DNA of 64,000 nucleotides from positions 22,136,001-22,200,000 of the forward strand of contig CM059433.1 in NCBI GenBank assembly GCA_030390025.1. Reading direction: 5' to 3'. Each line of letters opens with the position of its first letter. Positions within the stretch are counted from its first letter, which is position 1. A program made the position numbers and the translations under genes. The stretch comes from Squalus acanthias (Eukaryota). This document shows, in pieces, positions 26,115 to 38,154 of this stretch. The notes below the pieces were generated by a model. That model was not told where the DNA came from and searched no databases. It saw only the letters and a list, made by a program, of their open reading frames with translations.

Positions 26115-26124
26115 AAGAGGGGGG
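26115..26124 (+). promoter_or_regulatory. 3' polypurine tract
   Basis: AAGAGGGGGG directly abutting the 3' LTR TG. Confidence 0.9.
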
Positions 26125-27558
26125 TGTAATGGAATAAGCCATATTCCAAGAAATACATCATCCTATAAACAGATTTTAATAATATTAATACATGATATAC
26201 TGGGTTTAAAAGTCTGGAAAGCCTCGGCAACACAGGCTGCAAACACAATACAGGCTTCTAAGATAAGATGAAATGTTAACAAAAGCTGTAAAACACCACA
26301 AGCTTTGAAATGGGAGATGGTTGTAAACACAAAAACAATGCCCCTATTGAAGCAAACCATTGGCGCTTCCAGAAGGTCTGGAGTTTGGGAGAAACACAAT
26401 GGAATGACCCAAGTAATGTGTTAAAATCTAACACTTCGAACAAGAAACTTAGAACATTAAACAACCATATGCCTTCATAAAGTAACATCAAATAAGACAG
26501 GAAACACAATTAAATATGCAACCAATTGAGATAGCAAGAAAACAAGTAAACACCCTAAGAGAAGTGTTTTTGATTTACAAGTTGTAAAAGATACCTACAG
26601 AGAGGCTTTCAAAATATAATATCAATAGATGACACCAAGCAATCACATTGCTTATGTGTTAAACTTGGAACATCACGGAGTCACGACGTCTGGCTTACAA
26701 GCAGTTAAGTGATATTAAGAATTCAATAGAAAGACTTCCTAAGAATAGCATCAAATAGATAAATCAACAATAACCATTTTATGATAAGTTTTTGATCCAC
26801 CTAAAGGTAGATACAGAATTCAAAAAGTTGGCAGCTGAAATAACAGTAAGAATAGAAAAGAATTCAATAAAGAATCACTAGCGATAATTAGCTTACATCA
26901 GCAGGAAACTTCAAAGAAAATACCACTAAAAAAGGTATAAAAATTGAGCTTTTCAGATAGAAAACAGAAGTCGCTGGGAAGGGGCAGAGCGATTCTCGCC
27001 TTCAGAACCACTCTATAGGCCTATAACTCTGAGTCTCGGGTAATCAAGGTATTTGATTTTGGTGGATATTCTGGATTAAGAAATAAGTAGAAGTGTGGAA
27101 ATGTAACAAAGTTAAGATTTGAGAATAAGGATCTCTGATAAGAAATGTAAGCTATTTGTATTTTGAACGGTTAAAGTTGTGATTGCCATACCAGCTGTTA
27201 ACTAGATGTTGGTTCTTTAATAAATCTATATATTTTAAAAATTGTCTCAAAGAGTATTTCTGTATCAATCTCATGAACTCAATTTCTGTACACTCTTTTG
27301 TAAGGAGTTGCAGAATTCTGGGGGGGTTTCCGGACCCTCATCATATCCGGAAGGTTACAATCTAGTTAAATTTGTTAAAAGTGCTATCCGGAGGACGGTA
27401 ACATCTTCAGGCCATTTCTTTCCTTTAGGGAGAGATAGTCTGAACCTTTAAGCATCTCTAGGATTCGGCTACTGCTAACTTTAGTTGAAGGTGAACGTCT
27501 GGGGAATACGCCTGATCTGGGATAGTCCGAAAGGCTAGGACTTGTAATTATCCCTTCA
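26125..27558 (+). repeat. 3' LTR (1434 bp)
   Basis: Direct repeat of the 5' LTR; 12 substitutions counted in the first 310 bp; 10-bp indel in U5. Confidence 0.95.
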
Positions 27559-29553
27559 GATGAACGCCCAAGTCTTCTTTATATCCCTCCTCGAGATGAG
27601 GTCTATGAGCATCTGCCATCTGTTGTCCACAGCAAGCATGTTTTCATGTAACTGGCGCATTTGCTGCTCCGTGCAGGTGGCCATCTTTTCAATGGAACAG
27701 CACATTGTCGACATCGCCTGCGAGATGGTGGTGCTCATGTTGGAGATGGACTCCTCCATTCTCTGCACAATTCCAGACATCGCAGCTGCAAAAGCTGCCA
27801 GAGCCTCATGCAATTGTTGTTGCCCCTCCAAGATCACCCTCTTTCTCGATGGCCCCCGAGTTTCAGCATCTGCATGCAGCTCAGCAGAGCTTGGAGTGTC
27901 CTGCGCCCTCTGGCGAGGAGTCTCCACTGCTCTCCCTGTAAACACCAACTGCTCCTGCACACTTGTGATGTGAGAGACACCAGGTGACAACACTATTCTA
28001 TCTCGCATAGGACCCACCGAGGTGTGCATATCTGTGCTGGTGCTGGCTGCGCTTGGGTCTGCTGATGGTGCACCCTCAGAGGCCGGAGCTTCCTCTGAGG
28101 AGTTGTCTTCCTCCTCCAGCTGGACAGTTGGCGGGGGATGGGGGGGGGGCACTTGATAGTCCTGTGGGAGAGTAAAGAGATGAATTAGAAGTGTTATAAT
28201 AAGAATGGGTAACGTTACCATTATGCACATGATGACATTTCACTGGCTACTGACATCAGTCACCATCTGAGAGACTGATGTATGCCATGTCGCTGTATGA
28301 GATGTAATTCTGTCACCAGGTTGCTGGGATGTCCCCCTCTCTCCATCTCCCACCACCAGCAGCTCTGAAACTCCAGGGCCTCCTCTGCTGGAGTCAATTG
28401 AGTGAAGACTGGAAGGCCACCTCTGGTTCTCTTCCTGTCCCTATTGTTGTGGGCTCTCTTCTCCTGCAAGGCGGGAAAGAAGAGAACTTTGAGTGAGAGT
28501 GATGTAATGAGTGTAAGGAATGGATGGGCTCCATTTGTAAAGGTTGACTATGAGGGAGTGGCGTGACATTGCCAAATGGCTCCCTCTGTGATGTTACTTG
28601 CTATGATTGCATTAGGATGAGGATGAGTGTCAGGGGTGGTTAGTCAGATGGGGATGTGAGTATATACACAGAATGAGAGGGATGGGTAGACCTGCAAGGT
28701 AGGTTGATGTGAGGAATGATGTGCAGGAGTAGGCTTGGGAAGGCAGAGTGATGGGGATGTGGTGACAGGCAGATCAGGATGAAGGTGAGTGTGGCATTGC
28801 AATCACCTTTCCTGACCTCATGAGATCATTGAATCATTTCCAGCACTGGATTCACGTCCTCCTGACCAGATCTCTGCTGCTGACCTCCTCTGCGATCTCC
28901 AACCATGCCCTTTTTGTGTCTTTGGGTGGTTATTTGCATTGATTGCCAGGGAAGAGGACCTGCCTGCGTGCGCTTACTGCCTGCACCAGAACTTTGAGGG
29001 AGGCATTGTTGAACCTTGGCACAACCCTTTACCTTGTCTCCAGTTTTATCAGTTTTATCACATTTCTCAGGCCTCTTATTCACTCCTACGTCAACCTTCA
29101 AATGAGTTGTGTGCAAGGCTGCTTTAAATACCTGCGCCAGAAATGAGTCATCGATGACGTCATCGGACCTGCTCCATTTAATTGGGCCGGGAAACGCGCA
29201 TGACTGGCTTAATTGGAGCCATTAAGTGAAACTTGCATTGCAGAACGGGGTGTTCACATCTTCGGGTTCCCGACCCATTATGTGGCCAGCATGCACGCAA
29301 CCCAACTCCAAGGTAAAGATTCCGGCCTTAGTCTCCACAAGCATAATTCCTCAGATAGTTCCTGGAATGTCATCCATAGCATGAACACTCTGCAAAGGAG
29401 ATGAAATCGTGAAGGCTGATGTTTGCGAGCACGTGCCTTACTCTGAGGAACTCCTGCCTCTGCTCCTCCTCCTTCCTCTTCAATAACTATCATGACAAGA
29501 GGTATGCTCAATGCAATGCTGGCTTAGCCTGCGTTTAGTGCAAGGCGCCATCT

Positions 29554-30007
29554 TAGAAACATAGAAACATAGAAACTAGGAGCAGGAGTAGGCCATTCGG
29601 CCCATCGAGCCTGCTCCACCATTCAATACGATCATGGCTGATCATCCAAATCCAGTACCCTGTCCCTGCTTTCTCACACAGAATCCCCATCGAGCCTGCA
29701 CCGACACATATCCCACCCTATCCCCGTAACCCCACGTATTTAATTCCCCCTAACATATCCCATCCTATTCCTGTAACCCCACATATTTAATCCCCCCCTA
29801 ACACTAACGGTCAATTTATCATAGCCAAATCAACCTAACCCACACATTTTTGGACTGTGGGAGGAAACCGGAGCACCCGGAGGAAACCCACGCAGACACG
29901 GGGAGAATGTGCAAACTCCACACAGACAGTGACCCGAGGCCAGATTCGAACCCGGGTCCCTGGCGCTGTGAGGTACCAGTGCTAACCACTATGCCACCGT
30001 GTTGCCC
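29554..30007 (-). mobile_element. HE1/V-SINE (~29680-30007) joined to a CR1-type 3' tail (29554-29675)
   Basis: Minus strand: tRNA head gggcaacacggtggcatagtggttagc...gggttcgaatc; V-domain gtgggtttcctccgggtgctccggtttcctccca; tail (tttctatg)n. Confidence 0.88.
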
Positions 30008-30399
30008 TTGGTAAAGGAGTTGAAGCCAGCGCTAGGAATGGCCGCCCAGTGGATCGTTAAGGGGCTGATTGACAATTAAATTGCCTGCTAGCACTCATTA
30101 AAGAGGCTACACGGCATTTTGGTGGATAGCGCTTCATTTAACGACCTCTCCGAACAGCGACCAGCTGAACAGGAGTAAACAAGTCGTTGCTGAGAATTTC
30201 GAGCACTACTTAAAGCCGCGCTCAGCTTTCAATGTTCACTTGCTGATTGAGATCGACTGACTACACTACGTTTGAAGAGGACTTTTGAGACACATCGGGA
30301 GACTTTCTGGGGCACGTTGTTAAGATTTGACCAACACTCAATCAACATTTTTCCTGGATATTCTCTCAGGACTTCACCTAATAAGAGTGAGTGCTGTCC

Positions 30400-33300
30400 T
30401 TATTGGACATCTTATAGGAGTCACCAGGAGAAAGGGAGCGCTTGGTCTTGTGCATCTTGCCAGGTGTCCCCCTTGCTCTTCATGAGGAATGGGAGGAGGA
30501 GATGAGGCCAGGCAGAGCAGCACCAGCTGCTGCAGGAGAGAGGGACAAGTGGTCGAGGAGGGCTCTCAGCAGGAGGCCCAATCCACCCAGGGTCTTCAGA
30601 GCGCAGTACTCCTACATTCACATGACCCAAGACCAGTACATGAGGAGGCTGCGCTTTACCAAGGAGGTCGTCACAGAGATCTGTGGCCTCGTGGAACAAA
30701 GACTCAGACATCGTAGCACAGCAAAAACGGTGTTGCCTAAGGCAGTCATGGTCACAGTAGCACTTAACGTTTATGCTACTTGAACCTTCCAGGCTGCCAT
30801 AGTTAGTATAAGTCACATATCACAATCCTCTCTGCACTTCTGCATAAGGGAAGTCTCTGAGGAATGTCTATATATCATTCCCTATTGCTAGAGAAGACCA
30901 TAGACAGAGAGCACTAGGATTCGACAGGATTGTGGGATTCCCCATGGTCCAGGGAGTAATTGACTGTACACGTGCAGCCATGCGAGCCCCTCATTTAAAC
31001 TCGAAGGTGTTCAGGAGCAGTAAGGGATTCCATTCCCTCAATGTACAGCTTCTCTGCGACCATCGGTAGCACATCATGTAGGTGAATGCCTGCTATCCAG
31101 GACGCTGCTACGATGCATTTATAAGTTGCCAGAAAAATCAGCAAAGGGGAATCAAGAAATTGATAAAGAAAGGGAAAATGGAATATGAGCACAAACTAGC
31201 GAAAATATAAAAACGGATTGTAAAAGCTTCGATAGGTATGTGAAAAGGAAAAGACTGGCGAAGGTAAATGTAGGTCCTTTACAGTCAGAGACGGGAGAAT
31301 TTATAATGGAGAATGAGTAAATGGTAGAGAAATTAAATAAATACTTTGTTTCTGTCTTCACGGAGGAAGACACAAAAAACTTCCCAGAAATACGAGAAAA
31401 CCAAGGGTGTGACGAGAATGAGGAACTTAAAGAAATTATTATTAGTAAAAAAACAGTACTAGCAAAATTAATGGGACTAAAAGTCGATAAATCCCAAGGA
31501 CCGGATTTTGAAAGAGGTGGCCATTGGAATAGTGATCGTATTGGTTGTCATCTTCCAAAATTCTATAGATTATGGAACGGTTCCTGCAGATTGGAGGATA
31601 GCAAATGTAACCCAGCTATTTAAGAAAGGAGGGAGAGAGAAAATGGGGAACTGCAGACCTATTAGCCTCACATCAGTAGTTGGGAAAATGTTGGAATCTA
31701 TTATAAAGGATGCAATAACTGGGCACTTAGAAACTAATAGTAAGATTGGGCAGAGTCAACATGGATTTATGAAAGGGAAATCCTGTTTGACAAACCTATT
31801 GGAGTTCTTTGAGGATGTGACTAGTGGAATAGACAAAGGGGAACCGGTAGATGTGGTCTATCTGGATTTTCAGATGGCCTTCGATAAGGTCCCACACAAG
31901 AGGTTGGTGAACAAAATTAGGGCACATGGAATTGGGGGTAATATACTAGCATGGATTGAGAATTGGTTAACAGACAGAAAACAAAGAGTAGGAATAAACG
32001 AGTCTTTTTCAGGATGGCAGGCTGTGACTAGTGGGGTACCACAAGGATTGGTGCTTGGGCCCCAGCTATTCACAATCTGTATCAATGATTTGGATGAGGG
32101 GACTAAATGTAACATTTCCAAATTTGCTGATGATACAAAGCTAGGTGGCAGTGTTAGTTGTGAAGAGGATGTGAAGAGGCTTCAAGGGGATCTCAACAGG
32201 CTCAGTGAGTGGGCGAGAACATGGCAGATGGAATATAATGTGGATAAATGTGGTTATCCACTTTGGTGGAAAAAACAGAAAGGCAGAGTATTCCCTAAAT
32301 GGTGAAAGATTGGGGAATGCAGATGCTCAAAGGGTCCTGGGTGTCCTTGTACATGAGTCACTAAAAGTGAATGTGCAGGTGCAGCAAGCCATTAGGAAGG
32401 CAAATGGTATGCTGGCCTTCATCACAAAAGGATTTGAGTACAGGAGTAAAGAAGTCTTACTCCAATTATATAGGGCCTTGGTGAGACCACACCTGGAGTA
32501 CTGTGTACAATTCTCCTTACCTAAGGAAGGATATACTTGCCATAGAGGGAGTGCAACGAAGGTTCACGAGTTTGATTCTTGGGATGGCGGGACTGTCGTA
32601 TGAGAAGAGATTGAGTAAACTAGGCCTGTATTCTCTTGAATTCAGAAGAATGAGAGGGGACCTCATTGAAGCATACAAAATTATTACAGGGCTTGATAGG
32701 ATGGATGCTGGGAGAATGTTTCCCTTGGCTGGGGAGTCTAGAACCAGGAGCCACAGCCTCAAGATAAAGGGTAGGCCATTCAGGACTGCGATGAGAAGAC
32801 ATTTCTTCACACAGAGGGTGGTGAATCTTTGGAATTCTCTACCCCAGAGGGCTGTGGAGGCTCAGTCATTGGGTATATTCAAAACAGAAGTCGATAGATT
32901 TCTGACTAGTAAGGGCATCAAGGGATATGGCGATAGGGCCGGTGAATGGAGTTGAGGCAGAAGATCAGCCATGATCTCATTGAATGGCGGAGCAGGCTCG
33001 AAGGGCCGAATGGCCTACTCCTGCTCCTATTTCTTATGTTCTTATGTTCTTATGAGATAGTCATCCGTCCCACAGATCTTTGAGCCCCAATACAATGTGC
33101 ATGGCTGGCAACTAGGTGACAAGGGATACTGTCTGATACCCTGGCTCCTGACTCCCCTGGGAAACTCCCAGGCACCAGCTGAGCACTTCTACAAGGAGAG
33201 CCACTCATCCACCAGGAATATCACTGAGCAGACCATTGGGGTCCTCAAGCAAAGGTTTAGAAGCATTGACCAGTCAGGAGGTGCCCTGCAGTACTCAGGC

Positions 33301-33537
33301 GAGAAGTTGTCCACATTCGTTGTGATTTGCTGCATGCTCCACAATGTGGCGATCATGAGAGACCAGCCGTTACCACCAGCAATTGTGCCAGAGGGTCAAG
33401 CTCAGGAGCCATGGGAGGGGGAGGAAGAGGAAGAGGAGGAGGAAGAAGAGGAGCACCAGAGGCTTCCAGGTAGACAGCCCGCACCTGGGAGGGACTCTCG
33501 CCACCATCTACTTTTGGGAGACGTGTTCCACCATTAG
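30400..33537 (+). pseudogene. HARBI1-like transposase split by a CR1 insertion
   Basis: RRLRFTKEVVTEIC, VQGVIDCT, DAFI|MR.SSVP, LGDKGY, TEQTIGVLKQRFR, CCMLHN. Confidence 0.85.
31118..33053 (+). mobile_element. 5'-truncated CR1 LINE with RT domain
   Basis: ORF 31508-32305 with QHGF, YLDF..AFDKVPH, SGVPQG.VLGP, SKFADDTKLGG; C-terminal ORFs to 32955; (ttcttatg)n tail. Confidence 0.95.
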
Positions 33538-34581
33538 ACTCTGAAGCAATGCTGCCACATGATGTACCTTTTTTGACTAAGGATCCGTCAGGCAGTCCAT
33601 CATCTGCACTCAATCCTTTCAACCACTTCCCCATGAAGATCACAATAAAAAAGACCACCGATTCCACCACTACCCAATTACCATAATCACTGTTTATAGA
33701 CATCAAAAACAAACTCTGTAAACATGACAGAACCAACAGCACTTACAAAGATTAAACTATTCACCCTGGTGCTTACCCCTGTAAGAATATGGGCTTTTGA
33801 TGGTATTTTGAGAGATTAGGCATTGCAAGAATGATATGACCCGTGGGCTTTCAAGCAGGCTCTCCATTACACCAAGCATTTGGTTTGTCAGACCGTTCAG
33901 TCTTCTTCTGAAGCTTGGCTTTGCGAGCTCGTCATCTGACTCCTCTACAACAGAACTAGCATGTGACCTTGCCCCCCGGAAAGGTGGCACCAGTGGTGTC
34001 CCTTCCACCCTGCATGGCTGCTTCCCGCTAGTGCCTGGTGCATTCCGCTGCGAGGATCCATCTTCGAAGCTAGCCTTTAAGTTGTGTGTTGTACCTGTGT
34101 CTGAGCTGGTGCCTCCGACAGTGGTAGCCATTGATTCAGTGCATTCATCCTCAATCTATTCCTCCTCCAGGGGTGGGGTAAGGTGGCTGTTGCTCCTGGG
34201 AGCCTGCAATGATAAAGCTGGAAGAGTTCAGGTGCAACTTGTGTGGCCTCGAGAGAAGGATATGTGTGATGAGACCATATGGAACTTGGAACTGAGGATA
34301 GCTTTGGGTGATTAGGGATCAGGAATAGTTATGCATTGGCAAGGAAGCTAGAGTGACCACATACCTCTAGGCGATATTCCCCCTGCTCTGCCTCTGGCCA
34401 TCGCATCTCCTACTCCCCTCCCGATCACGGCCAGCACTGCCTCCTCAAGGAGAGTGATGTCATATAGGCATGGTTGACCTCCCCTGATCAGGTACTGCAG
34501 CCGCCTGTTATGTGCTATGCTATCTTGTCCTTGAAGAGAAAGAGTGGTGATTGTGAATGAGTGTATTGACAGGTATGTATA

Positions 34582-34605
34582 TGTGTGTGTGTGTGTGTGT
34601 GTGTG
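34582..34605. repeat. (TG)n microsatellite
   Basis: About 12 TG units. Confidence 0.9.
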
Positions 34606-34794
34606 ATGGTTGAAGAGCTGTGAGATGTGTCTGAGGTGTGAGTAGTGCCTGTGAAGGATGCAATAGTGCAGGGTGTGTGAATGTCAGTGTATAGTTAGAT
34701 GGTGGATGAAGTGTTTTGAGGTTGTAATGCTGGTGGTGTTGGTGCAGTTATTGAGAAGTGTGTTTGTGAGATGGGCTCTTACCTTGACTACGAC

Positions 34795-35870
34795 AGCAAA
34801 ATACTGCGGATGCTGGAAAATTGAAACAACAACAGAAAACGCTGGAAAAACTCAGCAGGCCAGGCAACATCCGTGGAGAGAGAAACAGAGTTAACGTTTC
34901 AGGTCGAAACCCTTCGTCAGTACTGAGAAAAGAGCAGGAAATTAAACAGATAAAAATGCAAGGGGGAGGCTGGGGGGAGAAATAACTATGGTAAGTAGAG
35001 ACATTAAGAGATGCTCAAGGCAAGACGAGATGGTAATGGGACAGGTTAAGAAACAAAAGGTGAAGTGTGAAATGCTGGCAGAATGAGAGACAGCTGCCGT
35101 AGGGGGAGAGAGAGAAAAAAAAAAGGAAAAAGGCACGAACCAAAAGGGTGGATAAAATGTGTATATATATGTGGTGGGGGCTGAGGTTATGATCTGAAAT
35201 TGTTGAACTCGATATTGAGTCCGGAAGGCTGTAAAGTGCCTAAATGAAAGATGAGGTGCTGTTCCTCGAGCTTACGCTGAGCTTCCGTGGAACAATGCAC
35301 GAGGCCGAGGACGGTGAGGTCTGAGTGGGCGTGGAGAGGTGAATTAAAATGACAAGCGACCAGAAGCTCGGAGTCACCCTTACGGACTGAACGGAGGTGT
35401 TCCGCATAGCGGTCACCCAATCTGCATTTGGTCTCCCCAATGTAGAGGAGACCACACCGTGAGCAGCGAATACAGTATACTAGATTGCAAGAAGTACAAG
35501 TAAATCGCTGTTTCACCCGGAAGGGGTGTTTGGGGCCCTGGAGAGTGGGAAGGGGGGATGTATAAGGGCAGGTGTTGCATCTCCTGCGCTTGCACGGGAA
35601 GGTGCCGGGCGAGGGGGAAGGGGTGCTGGGGGTGATAGAGGAGTGACTAGGGTGTCTCGGAGGGAGCGGTCCCTACGGAATGCTGAAAGGGGAGGTGAGG
35701 GGAAGATACGTTTGGTGGTGGGATCACGTTGGAGGTGGCGGAAATGGCGGAGGATGATCCGTTGAATGTGGAGGCTGGTGGGGTGAAAGGTGAGGACAAG
35801 GGGAACTCTATCGTGGTTCCGGGAGGGAGGGGCCGGGGTGAGGGCAGAAGTGTGGGAGATAGAACGGACA
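34795..35870 (-). mobile_element. 5'-truncated Penelope-like retroelement with GIY-YIG endonuclease
   Basis: ORF 35187-35516 (FTCTSCNLVYCIRCSRCGLLYIGETKCRLGDR.AEH...GLN); inserted at the end of the Myb exon KKFNDLTR. Confidence 0.9.
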
Positions 35871-37721
35871 CGGTCGAGTCAAGTCATTAAATTTCTTGCG
35901 GCACTGGAGCCATGTCCTGGGGCCAGGGCTCCTGGCTGTGACCTCCCGGGCGATCTCTTCCCACATGCGGCGAATCAGCTGCCTCCTTCCTCCCCTGCGG
36001 GTAGAGGACATCCCTCCTCCTCTCTACCTCCTGCACCAGGACCTCCAGTGCTGCATTGGTGAACCTGGCCGCCCTCTCTCTTGCTCCTTGAGTGGAAGTG
36101 GGTGAGTGCAGGCTGCATGTACAGCTCCAGGAAAATTACATCTAATCAGCGCTTGAGCGCTAAACCTGCAGTTGTCGGTTTCAGTGCCTGCAGGAACGTT
36201 CAAATCAAGATAATCATCAATTAGCCTGAAACCTGTGAGCTAAATCCATACTTTCAAACAGGCGTCTCTTATTAGCACTGCACCCATTTAGCGCCTGTTT
36301 TCACCCTTTGGCCAAAATAACCCCCCTGAAACTTTATAGTACCTTAACGTGTCACTTGAAACAACCCCGTAGCATTAGAAAATAATAAATCGTTGAAGAT
36401 AACTCAGTTAGTACAGCTGTCTAATGGAAGTAATAAAGTCTAATGGATGCTTTTAAAATCAGAATTCATCATACGATACACTTATCTGCGCTAAAATGCT
36501 GCATTAGCATTTGAAGTGGTCTAACAACAGCCAATGTTTGAATCTTAAGTTGGGAGCTAATTGATTACAATTCATAATCAATTTGGAGTTTGATATTTCA
36601 CACAAAAGAAATGACCTTAAAAATTTCAGTGCAGTCACTCTCAGGCACTAAATAATTGGAATCACTGCAAATATAGTTCACCTAGACAAGAGAATGAGAT
36701 AGAAAAACTCTCTGCATGAATTTTAATCTTCAGTGTTCAGAGTTGAAATGTTTAGTATTGTTTCAGGTGATGTGCTTTTTGCTGTTTTGTCAGAATTTTG
36801 CACTGATTTACTTTCTGGTGCTGCTTTACATTTTACTGATGGGAGCATAGATTGCTAGGATGAGCCTATTGACATCACTGTGCAGATTGATCTAGTAATG
36901 CAACACACTTCAGGTTCATGGAGTTTGGTTGACGGTGGCTACACAGGACCCGATCTTAACTGGGAGACGCATTGGGTGCGGGAGGGGCCGGGGGTTCCGA
37001 TATCGCATAGGAGTTTAAGCGCATTTGTCAGTGGCTTTTTAACCCAACCGCCACAATATCACTTTACTTCCGTGTTTCCCGTCCAATCAGCGGCAGCGGG
37101 CGTGACGATGACCCGCATGACGTGATCTCAATTTCAGTATTTAAAGGGGCAATCTAAAGTTGCAATTTGGAGATGTTTGGAGTTTTGGAGAAGAAAGGAG
37201 GAAGGAGAAAAATGGAAAGGACATGCGTAAAGGCTGCAACCCAGTTCAATGATGCCTCCTTGGATGTGCTGCTGGGGGCTGTGAGTAGGAGAGCCATACT
37301 TGTCCCCAGCAATGGGAGGAGAAATCCAATGACAGAAACCAAGAAGGCGTCGTTGGTGGTGGCAGAGGAGGTCAGCAGCAGGAGCCTAGTGCCACGCTCC
37401 TGGATGCAGTGTAGGATGCGGTTTAATGACCTAAGCAGGTCAGGAAAGGTGAGTAAAGTTGCACATTCACCTACATCCTGATGTGCACATCACTGCAACC
37501 CCCTCACTCTGCCTTCTCAAGCCTACTCCAGCATATCACTCCTCACAGCCAATTAACTTGCAGGTGCACCCATCTCTCTCTCTGCCTATGCACTTCCTCA
37601 CTTCCCTATCTGTCCAAACACCACTCCCACTCACCCTCATCCTTATTCAATTGAACACCTCTCCCTCATAGTGACCCTCACCAAATTCACTCCATCCATC
37701 ATGCCATTACACTAAATAATA

Positions 37722-37911
37722 GTGAGAAGTCGCACAACACCAGGTTATAGTCCAACAGTTTTATTTGAAATCAAAAGCTTTCGGAGCGCTGACGAAGCAG
37801 CAGCGCTCCGAAAGCTTGTGATTTCAAATAAAACTGTTGGACTATAACCTGGTGTTGTGCGACTTCTCACATTTGTCCACCCCAGTCCAACACCGGCATC
37901 TCCACATCATG
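37722..37911 (+). mobile_element. Penelope 3' end with inverted 5' copy (70-bp-arm hairpin) and 12-bp TSD
   Basis: Arms 37722-37791 and 37801-37870; TSD ACTAA(A/G)TAATAG at 37711 and 37912. Confidence 0.8.
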
Positions 37912-38154
37912 ACTAAGTAATAGGTCCATTCATTCCCTCCTTGCAGGAGAAGAGAGCACAGAACACCGGAGCGAGGCAGAGAACTGGAAGTGACCCAACA
38001 CAGATCTCACAACTCACAAGTGCAGAGGAGGAGGCACTGGAAATCAGCAGAGTCTCTGCGTGCCTGGCCACTGGAGATGGGGAGATGAGGACCTCCCAGC
38101 TACCTGGTGACAGAATTAGATATCAGACAGCCACATGTCATACAACATGTCATG

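Larger units (their letters stand above)
21051..27558 (+). mobile_element. Endogenous foamy-virus-like provirus (spumaretrovirus-related ERV), internally deleted, 6508 bp
   Basis: Two ~1.45-kb TG...CA LTRs; GATG TSD (21047-21050 and 27559-27562); Lys1,2-type PBS; PPT; foamy-like gag and pol remnants. Confidence 0.92.
20690..29050 (-). pseudogene. Harbinger Myb/SANT-like gene (3 exons); last exon interrupted by the foamy-like provirus
   Basis: Exon 2 EKRAHNNRDRKRTRGG (~28315-28463). Exon 3 27563-28162 continues at 21046 as DLGVH|HPTDVQQ, paralogous to ORF 38487-39266. Confidence 0.8.
18646..29327. mobile_element. Full-structure PIF/Harbinger transposon (~4.17 kb once the nested provirus is removed)
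   Basis: TIR GGCCGGAGTTTTCC / GGTAAAGATTCCGGCC; TTA TSD at 18643-18645 and 29328-29330; convergent transposase and Myb genes. Confidence 0.9.
18150..29515 (-). pseudogene. Old HARBI1-type transposase remnant (parts 29331-29515 and 18150-18642), split by the younger Harbinger 18646-29327
   Basis: CRVFMLWMTFQELSEELCLWRLR|FSGEA joins across the TTA TSD; downstream GFSRVQGAIVGTH and FVNRKSFHSINA. Confidence 0.7.
29520..36326. mobile_element. Decayed Harbinger transposon containing nested SINE, CR1 and Penelope; left end unclear
   Basis: HARBI1-like gene on + (30400-31116 and 33054-33537), Myb/SANT on - (33760-36090), right end ccaaaataacccccc. Confidence 0.75.

Noticed and set aside
29930..30007. 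tRNA gene
   Set aside because: The A and B boxes belong to the HE1/V-SINE head.
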